The notes under the pieces are model-generated. The model ran no database searches, was not told the DNA's origin, and saw nothing but the letters and a program-made list of their open reading frames with translations. From positions 64,001-128,000 of the IMG/VR virus record IMGVR_UViG_3300032295_000548: 64,000 nt of DNA; one strand, given 5' to 3'. Source of the DNA: a virus (lineage: Duplodnaviria; Caudoviricetes). Numbering within the stretch: the stretch's first letter is position 1; each line of letters opens with the position of its first letter. Below are positions 36,760-46,633 of this stretch, one piece after another. Made by a program: the position numbers and the translations under genes.

Positions 36760-37723
36760 AATTTTAGTAACAGGCGGTTTAGGATTGATAGGACATCATG
36801 TCGTATCTAAACTTGAGAAGTTAGGACATGATGTTATCATCTTTGACACGCAAACAAATTATGGAATCATTCCTCAATCAGAAATAGACTACCTCATCTC
36901 TGAACGAAAGAAAAAAATCAAGACAACTCAAATATACAAGTATGATATTTGTGCGTCTAACGGAAACATCGAATGGATGTTTAAGGCTCATAAATTTGAT
37001 ACTGTCATTCACATGGCTAGCTTTCCTAGACAGAAAGTAGTTAACGCAAACCCACAATGGGGTAGTCGTGTAATGAGCGAAGGCTTGCTTAACTTATGCG
37101 AGTTGAGCAAACAAAACAATGTAAAGAAATTTGTATACATCAGTTCAAGTATGGTTTATGGTGACTTTACTGATGATGTGACAGAAGATTATAACTGCAA
37201 ACCACAAGGACAATATGGAATACTCAAACTCACCGGGGAACACTTGGTTAAAGATTACACTCGCAGAGGCTATTTTAATCATGTTATTATTCGGCCAAGT
37301 GCTGTATACGGCCCACTTGATGTGGAGGATAGAGTCATTGCAAAATTCATGCTCACAGCAATGCGTGATGGAACTCTTAAGGTTAATGGAGCAGGTGAAA
37401 CCCTCGACTTCACCTATGTCGAAGATGCCGCAGATGGAATCGTTGCCGCCAGTTTAAGTTCTAATACCGACAATAAGACATATAACATTACTAAATCCCA
37501 CAGTAGAAGTCTGCTTGATGCGGCACAACTAGCTGTGAAGATTGTCGGTAAAGGTACAATAGAAGTTAGAGATAAAGATGCAGACTTCCCTAGTCGCGGC
37601 GCATTGAACATAGATGCCGCACGTAAAGATTTTGGTTATGATCCTAAAGTTGATGTGGAAGAAGGATTTCAAAAATACTATGAGTGGTTGAGTACTAGCA
37701 AATATTGGCAATCTAAAATATGA
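36752..37723 (+). CDS. NAD-dependent nucleotide-sugar epimerase/dehydratase
   Basis: TGGLGLIG, SSSMVYG, YGILK (YxxxK), DFTYVED. Confidence 0.92.
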   Translation: MSKILVTGGLGLIGHHVVSKLEKLGHDVIIFDTQTNYGIIPQSEIDYLISERKKKIKTTQIYKYDICASNGNIEWMFKAHKFDTVIHMASFPRQKVVNANPQWGSRVMSEGLLNLCELSKQNNVKKFVYISSSMVYGDFTDDVTEDYNCKPQGQYGILKLTGEHLVKDYTRRGYFNHVIIRPSAVYGPLDVEDRVIAKFMLTAMRDGTLKVNGAGETLDFTYVEDAADGIVAASLSSNTDNKTYNITKSHSRSLLDAAQLAVKIVGKGTIEVRDKDADFPSRGALNIDAARKDFGYDPKVDVEEGFQKYYEWLSTSKYWQSKI

Positions 37724-38775
37724 AAATACCGCACTTTGGTCTAGCAAGACAATATGCTAATCTAAAGGATGAGTTGCTTGATGCAACTCACCGTGCATTA
37801 AAGGATGGCTACCTAGTAGGTGGTCATTACACTCGTTCATTTGAAGAATGGTTGAAACACAAGACACAAACTAAATATGCCATCACTGTTCATTCAGGAA
37901 CACAAGCACTTGAAATCATTGCTAGATATAAAAAGATAAAGCATGAAAGTGTGATGGCTGGCAATCCTAAGATTCGTATACCTAATCTTACTTATCCTGC
38001 AACACTTAACGCATTCTTGACTGCAGGTTGGGATGTTGAACTCGGTGATACTGACAAATATGGTGTAATGTCACGTGGTAAAGAAGCAGGCGTATATGAT
38101 TGTCTTATGGGATTTGCAGGTCGCAGACCATGGCCAGAAGCAAGATATGAGGAAAGCCACGGTGTCATTGTTGATGGAGCACAGCATTGGTTAGAATGCG
38201 GTGGCAATGTTGGTAGTGGGATGTCCATCAGCTTTGATCCTACAAAGAATTTACCTGCTAGTGGTAACGGTGGTGCTATTGTAACCAATGATGAACAATT
38301 GTATCTGTACGCAGTGAAGTATAGAGACAATAATAAGCCCTATTTCCACGATGTGGGCACCAACAGTAAAATGAGTGAACAAGATTGTGCTCAGATTATG
38401 GTTCGTGCAAAGCATATTGATGAATGGCAATTGCGTAGAAAACAAATTGCTAGTCATTGGTGTGAGGCATTTGAAGATTTGCCAGTAGAATGCCTTAGCG
38501 ATACTAGATCACCGCATGCTCATCAAAAGTTTGTGATGTATATGCCTGATAGAAATTCTTTGCATACACATATGTTGTTATCTGGTGTAGATACTAAGAT
38601 TCATTATGAATACACACTAGGAGATTTACCTAGTAGTAAAGGTTTAACAAAACCTGATATGTTGGGTATAAGTGTAATGTTGAGTAAGGGTGTAATCAGT
38701 CTGCCACTCTATCCCGAGTTGACAGATAACGAAGTTGAGTTTATTACTGAGAAAGTATTGGAATACTTTTCTTGA
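37720..38775 (+). CDS. DegT/DnrJ/EryC1/StrS aminotransferase
   Basis: SGTQAL, DGAQ, SFDPTKNL..GNGG, SLPLYPEL. Confidence 0.92.
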   Translation: MKIPHFGLARQYANLKDELLDATHRALKDGYLVGGHYTRSFEEWLKHKTQTKYAITVHSGTQALEIIARYKKIKHESVMAGNPKIRIPNLTYPATLNAFLTAGWDVELGDTDKYGVMSRGKEAGVYDCLMGFAGRRPWPEARYEESHGVIVDGAQHWLECGGNVGSGMSISFDPTKNLPASGNGGAIVTNDEQLYLYAVKYRDNNKPYFHDVGTNSKMSEQDCAQIMVRAKHIDEWQLRRKQIASHWCEAFEDLPVECLSDTRSPHAHQKFVMYMPDRNSLHTHMLLSGVDTKIHYEYTLGDLPSSKGLTKPDMLGISVMLSKGVISLPLYPELTDNEVEFITEKVLEYFS

Positions 38776-39730
38776 GTAAAGGTGATCTTTTAGATTCTAA
38801 TATGTCTGTACCACATGTGCATGTCATGAAGGGGCATTTAGTTGATTCAGTTACTGGCACAAAATCATCGTAAACTGTGTACATCAAATTACCTATTTGA
38901 CAGATTGCTTTATACACTCTGTCACTGTATATAACAATTCTATCTTTCCCTATATCACAGTCCCAAAATAAGAATCTATTTTGTCCTCTCGCTAAAAATT
39001 CTTGAGGATCATGTATATTTTCTATCGATCCATCGTGATATTTGGTTTGAACGTATAGATTGTAGTCTTGATTGTAAGTTCCTTGTTTACCTTGACGTTT
39101 ACCTGATATTACTCTGTTCTCTATAAATTTTTCAGTTTGGTCTACCGTGTAGTTGTTTAGTATAGGACCATGAATCTTTTTTAAGTGACAATCTATCCCC
39201 ACTCTGTCACTAATATAATGTAAACAAGATAATGTATCATCAAAATCGTCATGCGTACAAGTAAAGAATACCAGTCCCTGTATATTGGTGTTATGTAGAC
39301 TATTGACCGATCCTACAAAATCATCAATATTCTTTACTTGAGATTGATGGTATGTAAACATGATGAAATCTATTACTGGTTCACGTACAAAATTCTCCCA
39401 CCATTTTACAGTCCTGCTACCATTGGTAAACATTCTAATCTGATGGTTTTTGTTCTTAGATTTTATGTAGCTGAACAACTCATAAAGATTTGGATACAAT
39501 GTAGGCTCCCCACCGGTAAAAGTAAATTGTATTCTTTCCCCGTTGAATAGCTTGCACAGCTTATCTACCACTTGTTTATTTGTATCAATATCTAAGTGTT
39601 TTTCATCACCTGCTTTAGACTCATCAGTGCAATAAGCACAGTCATAATTACAAGTATTACTCAGCCTCCATTCCACTTTTTTAAAGGGTTCGGGCATCGT
39701 TTTCTCTAATTGTACTATAAGCTTTCTCAT
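38744..39730 (-). CDS. Radical SAM protein with C-terminal Cys cluster
   Basis: CNYDCAYC, TGGEPT, TNGS; C-terminal CPFMTCTC. Confidence 0.88.
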   Translation of the reverse strand: MRKLIVQLEKTMPEPFKKVEWRLSNTCNYDCAYCTDESKAGDEKHLDIDTNKQVVDKLCKLFNGERIQFTFTGGEPTLYPNLYELFSYIKSKNKNHQIRMFTNGSRTVKWWENFVREPVIDFIMFTYHQSQVKNIDDFVGSVNSLHNTNIQGLVFFTCTHDDFDDTLSCLHYISDRVGIDCHLKKIHGPILNNYTVDQTEKFIENRVISGKRQGKQGTYNQDYNLYVQTKYHDGSIENIHDPQEFLARGQNRFLFWDCDIGKDRIVIYSDRVYKAICQIGNLMYTVYDDFVPVTESTKCPFMTCTCGTDILESKRSPLLKKSIPILSQ

Positions 39731-39736
39731 TAAAAA

Positions 39737-39754
39737 TATTTATCGGGCTAAATA
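39737..39754. promoter_or_regulatory. Back-to-back TAAATA late-promoter motifs
   Basis: TATTTA at 39737-39742 (reverse) and TAAATA at 39749-39754 between divergent genes. Confidence 0.55.
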
Positions 39755-39759
39755 ACTGT

Positions 39760-40263
39760 ATGTGGATAATTAACTTTTTACCAGAATGGGCGATACACTC
39801 TATATTCGTAGCAGGTGTATTGGGAACCATAGCCGGATTTGTACTGGGTTTTGTACCCTTTATAAAGCAATATCTATTGCCCATCAAGATCATCAGTCTG
39901 ATAGTATTGGTTTTGGGTGTATATCTTGAGGGCGGTCTCGCTGATACCAAAGAATGGCAACTTAAAGTCAAAGAAATGGAAGCTAAGTTAGCAAAGGTTG
40001 AGGCTGAGGGCGCCAATAAAAACGTAGAAATACAAGAAAAGATAGTAGAAACGACCAAGATAGTTAAAGAAAAGGGACGTGACATTATCAAGTATGTTGA
40101 TAGATGGAACACGAAAGAAGTAATCAAAGAAGTAGAAGGCCCTGAAAGAATTAGGAGAGAGGAAGTAATCAAGTATATTGAAAACTGCCCTGTACCTAAA
40201 GAAATGATAAACATACACAATCAAGCTACCGAAATAAACAAGGCTGCGGAGGGTAAAAAATGA
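39760..40263 (+). CDS. Putative inner-membrane spanin (Rz-like)
   Basis: N-terminal TM segments, coiled coil, C-terminal Cys; followed by a lipoprotein. Confidence 0.65.
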   Translation: MWIINFLPEWAIHSIFVAGVLGTIAGFVLGFVPFIKQYLLPIKIISLIVLVLGVYLEGGLADTKEWQLKVKEMEAKLAKVEAEGANKNVEIQEKIVETTKIVKEKGRDIIKYVDRWNTKEVIKEVEGPERIRREEVIKYIENCPVPKEMINIHNQATEINKAAEGKK

Positions 40264-40523
40264 AGTACTTATTACCCATACTGTTACTAGCAGGATGTTC
40301 GACCACAGTTGTACCTGTAGCGCCCAAGTTTCCTAATGCTACTCCTGAACTTATGAAAAAGTGCGAATCTCTAAAGAAGATTGAGGGTGATAAAGTAGCA
40401 ATTACAGAAATGTTAAAAGTCGTAGTTCACAATTATTCATTGTACTATGAGTGTTCTACCAAAGTCGATGGATGGCAAGAATGGTATAATGAACAGAAAA
40501 AGATATATGAAAGCGCAAAATAA
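40260..40523 (+). CDS. Putative outer-membrane spanin lipoprotein (Rz1-like)
   Basis: LLAGC lipobox, Pro-rich segment, two further Cys. Confidence 0.7.
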   Translation: MKYLLPILLLAGCSTTVVPVAPKFPNATPELMKKCESLKKIEGDKVAITEMLKVVVHNYSLYYECSTKVDGWQEWYNEQKKIYESAK

Positions 40524-40779
40524 TAGCATATTATTAGCGTTATGTTTATTAGCCGGCTGTGCGTCTACAAACGACTACCAAACGTATGTAGATACACAAA
40601 AAGCATTAAACAAAGACTATACGATGGCTGAATTAGCCAGAATTTCTGCTCTTACTGAAATAGTGAAAGAAACACAAGATGTTTCAGTAAGAATACAAGC
40701 TATCAAAGCCCTGCAAGAAATTCAGCGTAGCAAAAGACCATTACTAATAGAACGACCCAAGACTTGGTTAGAGAGATAA
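40507..40779 (+). CDS. Second lipoprotein
   Basis: MKAQNNSILLALCLLAGC lipobox. Confidence 0.6.
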   Translation: MKAQNNSILLALCLLAGCASTNDYQTYVDTQKALNKDYTMAELARISALTEIVKETQDVSVRIQAIKALQEIQRSKRPLLIERPKTWLER

Positions 40780-40805
40780 ATACAAGATAGTATTCAGGAA
40801 TAACC

Positions 40806-41342
40806 ATGGCACAAGAAATTATCAACGTTGGCACATTACCAAATGACGGAGAAGGCGATCCGTTAAGAGTAGCCTTCCAAAAAGTTAACAATAATTTTGC
40901 TAATCTTTTCAGCACAACATTTAATATTGCAGAATCAGTTACAGTCGGCCTTACAGCTAATCAAGTGATTTTAGAACATCCAGCTAATACGTTTACACAA
41001 GGCATGATACAGATACGTAGTTATGATCCTGGCACAGTAAACATGCAAAATATAGTATTGTCATCAGCAATTACTAATAACCTAGGTGGCGTAAAATTTT
41101 CAGGATATGGAACTTCATCTGAAGGTAACGCATTATGTAGTTACAATATGGACGTGTCAGCCGGCAATGTTAGAGTATTAGTAAACCCTGTTGCCAACAC
41201 TACTATATATCATTACATCTCATATCAAATTACCAGTGCTGATTTAGTAAATGGTCCTATGATAGCACTTGATGGATTTTCAGCAGGTTCAGTAATGAGT
41301 ACACAAGATGAAATAGCCATCACAACAGAAGGATCGGAATGA
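40806..41342 (+). CDS. Virion structural protein with T4 gp9/gp10-like N-terminus
   Basis: INVG..PNDGEGDPLR.AF.K.N.NF; TAAATA upstream. Confidence 0.75.
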   Translation: MAQEIINVGTLPNDGEGDPLRVAFQKVNNNFANLFSTTFNIAESVTVGLTANQVILEHPANTFTQGMIQIRSYDPGTVNMQNIVLSSAITNNLGGVKFSGYGTSSEGNALCSYNMDVSAGNVRVLVNPVANTTIYHYISYQITSADLVNGPMIALDGFSAGSVMSTQDEIAITTEGSE

Positions 41343-41746
41343 GAGCTAGAGAGTTCATAGCAGAACAAAAACTTAGTGATGTTCATGACGGTTTAGACGT
41401 AGCATCTAAGTCTCTCCCCAACACGTATGTTATTCCAGAGTTACAGAACAATGACTTCTATGATTTATATCGTTTTGGTGTAGCAATTGCCGCAGTAAGA
41501 GGCGAAAGCGGTAATGACGATGTACAAAATGGTCATAAGCCTGATTTTAGGGCAGAAAGTAGCTGGGGAGAAAATCAAGTTATATCATCTGAGTTTGACA
41601 AAGAGATTGGTAAAACTATTGACCAAGCATTAAAGAAGGTCGGCAAATCCGGCAAAAAATTAGTCAGTACACCTAGTAGTGATGAAATGGAAGATACTGA
41701 ATATACTTCTCCTATCAAAGCTTTCAAAGGATATAGAAGAAAATGA
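41339..41746 (+). CDS. Hypothetical late protein (paralogue of the next gene)
   Basis: MRAREFIAE...SPIKAFKGY. Confidence 0.65.
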   Translation: MRAREFIAEQKLSDVHDGLDVASKSLPNTYVIPELQNNDFYDLYRFGVAIAAVRGESGNDDVQNGHKPDFRAESSWGENQVISSEFDKEIGKTIDQALKKVGKSGKKLVSTPSSDEMEDTEYTSPIKAFKGYRRK

Positions 41747-42117
41747 GAGCAGACGAATTCCTAAATGAAAACAAGGTAGGGAAGATAAGCAAACGTAAAC
41801 AAATAGCTACCCGTGGTCTGCATAAATTCCGTGACCAAGAGTTTGCCGATAGAATTTACGAATTGAATCGTATCATGATGGCTGCCGCAAGCACAGACGG
41901 CACCATTATACCCGATATGAATCACGAAAGTTGGGCCGGCAGATATGATATAGCCGCACCCTATACTAAAGAAGAAGCTAATATGCTAAAAGTGGCATAT
42001 AAAGTTAATGGTAGTCACTTTGAAGATTTGAATGATGGTGATTTACGTAGTCAAGAACTACCGAATACAAATACACAAAGCACAGTAAAGCCTTTTAAGG
42101 GCTACAAGAAAAAATAA
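41743..42117 (+). CDS. Hypothetical late protein
   Basis: MRADEFLNE...STVKPFKGY. Confidence 0.65.
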   Translation: MRADEFLNENKVGKISKRKQIATRGLHKFRDQEFADRIYELNRIMMAAASTDGTIIPDMNHESWAGRYDIAAPYTKEEANMLKVAYKVNGSHFEDLNDGDLRSQELPNTNTQSTVKPFKGYKKK

Positions 42118-42164
42118 TTCTAAGGTAAAATCGCATAAGTATTCTCATATATTGCAGGATACTT

Positions 42165-42857
42165 ATGATCGATATCAACAACACTTTAGACCTAATTAAA
42201 TTAAAATTTTACAACGAATGGTTGTACACTGCTCACATTTATGATGAGGGTGATAGTCAATTCCACAAAGAACTAACCACTCAAGTTGTAAACACTTACT
42301 TTGATCCTCTTAATATAGCTAAAGATGCTAAGATTTTAGATTTGGGATGTGGCCCCGGATACTTTTTAGATGAAATGAAATTTAGAGGTTACAATAACGT
42401 GACTGGAGTTACACTAAGTCCCGGTGACATAAAGATATGTGAAGATAAAGGTCACAAGATTGCTAAGTACGACCTTAGCTTCATCCCACAAAAAGACGGC
42501 TACCATGACGAGTCAGTAGACTTTATTTTCTTACGTCATGCATTGGAACATAGCCCGTATCCTATCTTTAGCTTGATGGAATATAATCGTATTTTAAAGC
42601 AAGGAAGCAAGATTTACATTGAAGTACCTGCTCCCGATTGCGAACGTAAGCACGAATGGAACTTGAATCACTATAGTATTTTAGGCGAACAGCAATTGTT
42701 AGCACTGTTGCAAAGAACAGGATTTGATGTGAATGTGTTCAATAGCATAGAATTTGATTTGGGTGTAAAAGATACCCCTGATGGTGAAGTTAAAAAAGTA
42801 CGAGAAAAGTTCTACTGTATTATTGCGACTAAAGCAAGACCACTTGATATCAAGTAA
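42165..42857 (+). CDS. Class I SAM-dependent methyltransferase
   Basis: ILDLGCGPG, RHALEH, RILKQG..YIEVP. Confidence 0.9.
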   Translation: MIDINNTLDLIKLKFYNEWLYTAHIYDEGDSQFHKELTTQVVNTYFDPLNIAKDAKILDLGCGPGYFLDEMKFRGYNNVTGVTLSPGDIKICEDKGHKIAKYDLSFIPQKDGYHDESVDFIFLRHALEHSPYPIFSLMEYNRILKQGSKIYIEVPAPDCERKHEWNLNHYSILGEQQLLALLQRTGFDVNVFNSIEFDLGVKDTPDGEVKKVREKFYCIIATKARPLDIK

Positions 42858-42874
42858 AAGCTAAATACTCATCT

Positions 42875-44422
42875 ATGAGTGGATCACCGTCATTAGTTAA
42901 AACGCCCTACACGAAAACAAAGTTCAAGACACAAAAAGAACTTGATGACTTTGTGAAATGTTGCGACCCAGATACGGGTTATCTATATTTCATGGATAAC
43001 TTTTTTATGATTCAGCACCCTACTAGGGGTAGCATGGTCTATCATCCATGGGAATATCAAAAAAGATTGATTGAGACATATCATAAGTATCGTTTCAGTA
43101 TCAGCCTAATGCCTCGACAATCAGGCAAATCAACAAGCGCCGCAGGTTATCTACTTTGGTATTCTATGTTTGTACCTGATAGTACAATTCTTATTGCGGC
43201 TCACAAGTACACTGGCGCACAGGAGATTATGCAACGTATTCGTTATGCATATGAAGCCTGTCCCGATCACATTAAAGCAGGTGTGACCACTTACAACAAG
43301 GGGTCATTAGATTTTGAGAATGGATCTCGTATCGTGTCAGCAACCACGACAGAAAATACAGGTCGTGGTATGTCTATTTCCTTGTTATACTTGGACGAAT
43401 TTGCGTTCGTTAGACCTTCCATTGCTGAGTTGTTCTGGACCTCGATTACGCCTACTTTGTCTACTGGTGGTAAAGCGATTATCACAAGCACACCTAACAG
43501 TGACGAAGACCAATTTGCATTGATTTGGAAACAAGCTAACAAGTGTGAAGATTCATATGGAAATGAAACTGAATTAGGTGTAAACGGATTCAGAGCATAC
43601 AGAGCATATTATACAGAGCAACCAGGCAGAGACGAAAAGTGGGCAGAAGAAATGAAAGCTCAGTTAGGTGAGGACCGATTCCGTCGAGAGATCGGATGTG
43701 AGTTCATTATTGCTGATGAAACATTAATTGCAGCCACAACATTAATTGACTTAGAGGGTGTTGAACCTGTAAGTCGTATGGGTCAGGTTCGTTGGTACAA
43801 GAAGCCCAGTAAAGGTAATATCTATACAGTAGCATTAGATCCTAGTTTGGGTACAGGTGGTGATCCGGCAGCTATTCAAATCTTTGAAGCAAACACAACT
43901 ACACAAATAGGTGAATGGAAGCACAATAAAACTGATATCCCTACTCAAATTAAATTGTTAGCACAAATAAACAAATACATTGAAGATTGTACCGGCGAAG
44001 CCAGTAATATCTACTATTCTGTTGAGAATAATTCTATAGGTGAGGCTTCATTGGTGTCATTAAACGAGTACGGGGAAAATAACATCCCAGGAATCTTTCT
44101 AAGTGAGCGAGGGAAGAAACGTAAGGGGTTTAACACCACACAGAAAGTAAAATTAGCGGCTTGTGCTAAATTTAAAACATTAGTTGAGAATAGAAAAATG
44201 ACCATCAATAGCAGAAGTTTAGTATCAGAATTGAAGTCATTTATTGCATCCGGCGGAAGTTATGCCGCAAAAATAGGCGAAACCGACGATTTGGTCATGG
44301 CCAGCTTATTGACTATCAGAATGATGCAGGAATTGTCAGATTATCACTATAATTTAGAAGAACAAATCCGAGACCATGAGGAATATCTAGAACCCTTACC
44401 CTTCTTTGCTGTGATAAGTTGA
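42875..44422 (+). CDS. terL: Terminase large subunit (T4 gp17-like)
   Basis: PRQSGKS Walker A, LLYLDEFAF Walker B, STPN, nuclease LDPS and DDLVMA. Confidence 0.95.
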   Translation: MSGSPSLVKTPYTKTKFKTQKELDDFVKCCDPDTGYLYFMDNFFMIQHPTRGSMVYHPWEYQKRLIETYHKYRFSISLMPRQSGKSTSAAGYLLWYSMFVPDSTILIAAHKYTGAQEIMQRIRYAYEACPDHIKAGVTTYNKGSLDFENGSRIVSATTTENTGRGMSISLLYLDEFAFVRPSIAELFWTSITPTLSTGGKAIITSTPNSDEDQFALIWKQANKCEDSYGNETELGVNGFRAYRAYYTEQPGRDEKWAEEMKAQLGEDRFRREIGCEFIIADETLIAATTLIDLEGVEPVSRMGQVRWYKKPSKGNIYTVALDPSLGTGGDPAAIQIFEANTTTQIGEWKHNKTDIPTQIKLLAQINKYIEDCTGEASNIYYSVENNSIGEASLVSLNEYGENNIPGIFLSERGKKRKGFNTTQKVKLAACAKFKTLVENRKMTINSRSLVSELKSFIASGGSYAAKIGETDDLVMASLLTIRMMQELSDYHYNLEEQIRDHEEYLEPLPFFAVIS

Positions 44423-44432
44423 TAAATACATT

Positions 44433-46472
44433 ATGCCAATTAAGAACGATTCATTAAACCGTAAATTATACGATCTGCTAAACGCCCGTGGGTATGACCC
44501 TGTACCTAGAGATAGTGATGTTTCAAATGCAGGAAAAACAGTTCCTCCCGAGGAAGCAGATGTATTCAAATTTACATTCAAACAGGGTAGCAAATCCATA
44601 GATGAAGCATGGGTTTCGGTTGACGGTGCAGAAAATTTAACACTGTACTATGACCAAGATTTAGCCAATAAAGCAGATGAGCGTACTCCGGGTACACAAT
44701 TTGATGATAGTTGGTATGGCTTATTAAGACATTTGAAAAAATGGGCACATGCTCGTCAGTTGAGTTTTAAATTAGAGCCCAAAGAAAAAATTGACAGTGA
44801 CATGGCACAAAGGACTTATATGAAGAAGAAAGAAAAAATCGCAGAAGGATATTATCCAATGGGCAAATCAGCAAGCTATAGCGATGCTGTACCTACCGTA
44901 AAGATTATCCTACAACATACTCGCCAAGTACAAGAAGGTGAGCAAAGATATCGCAACGTTGCTAAGATTTTCTTAGAAAATGCACAAGGTGAACGTTTTC
45001 TATCACCTACTAGCAAACCAGGACTAGCACAAGTTTATGCTAGACACTTAGCAGAAGGTGGTGTTCCTAATGATGATCGTTGGAACCACTTGAAATCATT
45101 GTGCGAAGAATATTCAAAGATGGCAGGATTTGTTCGTGCTGTTCGTAGTAATCAATTTAATGAATCTGCTCAACGTGTCGTAGAAGCAGGATTGAATCAC
45201 TATCAATCATTGCGTGAGTCATTAGGTAAGTTGCGTGGCCATCGTGGTTACACATCATACTTTGAATCATACACTCCGCCATTAATGGAAGATGATACTG
45301 ATAGCAATGCGTTGAACGAACTTTTTGTCCAAGAAACACTGGACCCACGCATTGAGTCTGTAATGCCTATACTAAACAAACTAAGCAAGAACTTAGGTGA
45401 GATGAAAGAAATTAGTGAGTTGGCTGAATGGGCTGACAACTTACTTGAAGGTGGTGATGGCGGTGAAGCAAGTGAAGAACCAGTACAGCAAATAGAAGAA
45501 GCTCCTGGTGCAGAAACATTAGCACACAACCAGTCTACTGAAAAGTCTAGATTAGATGCGTTTGATTTAGACGAAGGTATGTTAGATGGATCTGATGAAT
45601 ATGACAATCCAGTAGCCAACGCTATTACCCGTCGCATTCTATTACAACGTGTAGACTTATTAGCAAAGCATGGTCCAGAAAAGGTTGCACAAGCAATCGG
45701 TGATGTTGCTGAATTTGTCGGTGATGTTGATGAAATAGGTTCCAGTGATGTTAGTGGTTGGATTAAACAAATCGAACAATCATTAGGTGGCGTAGATGAA
45801 GGCATCGGTGATGTTGCTAAGAAAGTCGGTAGCGCATTAGCAACGGGTGCTAAAGCAGTTGGTAAAGCAATCGTTGGTAAAGACGATGACGAATTACTAA
45901 AAGACTTACAGAAAAAAGCCGGCGTGCGTGGCATGAATCATGGCAAGCCAAGCATGGCAATCAGTGATGTTGAAAAGCGTGTAGACGAAGAAGATATGGA
46001 CGAAAGCGCATTACAAGCATACTTAGGTAATAAGAAATATGGTAAAGAAGGTATGGATGCATTACGCAAAGCAGGCCGTGATGATGCTAGTAAAGAAGAA
46101 ATGACAAGAATCCGCGACAAATACAATAAGCTAGATGAAGAAGGCGAGTTTGCTGGGGACTATGCTACCGGTGAAGCCGGTCAATGGCGTAACAAAGGTC
46201 CTAAAGCACACAAGCCAGCAACGATCGGTGATCTAGTTGGTGAGAACTTTATCAACACTGACGCACAAGCTGTTGTCACTGAAGTAGATACCGGTGAATA
46301 CGATGCCCGTAAATCAACTCCCAAAGGAGAAACTACTCCTGATCAGGAAAAGGAATTCCGTAAGAAAATACAAGCATACGGTAAAGAATTAGAACAGAGA
46401 CAAAAAGAAAAAGAAAAAGTCAAAGAAGGTCATGATGATTTGGCTGCAATGATGCGAATCATTAACAGATAA
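44433..46472 (+). CDS. Large acidic late protein (possible processed head/scaffold protein)
   Basis: TAAATA directly upstream; many hydrophobic-x-E motifs. Confidence 0.55.
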   Translation: MPIKNDSLNRKLYDLLNARGYDPVPRDSDVSNAGKTVPPEEADVFKFTFKQGSKSIDEAWVSVDGAENLTLYYDQDLANKADERTPGTQFDDSWYGLLRHLKKWAHARQLSFKLEPKEKIDSDMAQRTYMKKKEKIAEGYYPMGKSASYSDAVPTVKIILQHTRQVQEGEQRYRNVAKIFLENAQGERFLSPTSKPGLAQVYARHLAEGGVPNDDRWNHLKSLCEEYSKMAGFVRAVRSNQFNESAQRVVEAGLNHYQSLRESLGKLRGHRGYTSYFESYTPPLMEDDTDSNALNELFVQETLDPRIESVMPILNKLSKNLGEMKEISELAEWADNLLEGGDGGEASEEPVQQIEEAPGAETLAHNQSTEKSRLDAFDLDEGMLDGSDEYDNPVANAITRRILLQRVDLLAKHGPEKVAQAIGDVAEFVGDVDEIGSSDVSGWIKQIEQSLGGVDEGIGDVAKKVGSALATGAKAVGKAIVGKDDDELLKDLQKKAGVRGMNHGKPSMAISDVEKRVDEEDMDESALQAYLGNKKYGKEGMDALRKAGRDDASKEEMTRIRDKYNKLDEEGEFAGDYATGEAGQWRNKGPKAHKPATIGDLVGENFINTDAQAVVTEVDTGEYDARKSTPKGETTPDQEKEFRKKIQAYGKELEQRQKEKEKVKEGHDDLAAMMRIINR

Positions 46473-46529
46473 AAGGGTAAATAAACCTCACTTAAAAGGT
46501 GAGGTTTACCACATCTGGCATAAATACTA

Positions 46530-46558
46530 TTGACATGAGAAGAAAGTACTGCTATACT
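46530..46558 (+). promoter_or_regulatory. Sigma70 promoter for the SSB gene, preceded by a hairpin (46482-46508) and TAAATA
   Basis: TTGACA-17-TATACT; TAAACCTCAC/GTGAGGTTTA stem. Confidence 0.75.
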
Positions 46559-46633
46559 TGTTCTTGTGTTAGACACTAATAGGTAGTGTCGAATATTAAA
46601 CGAGACCATCTCAATTTTATAAGGAAAAATATC

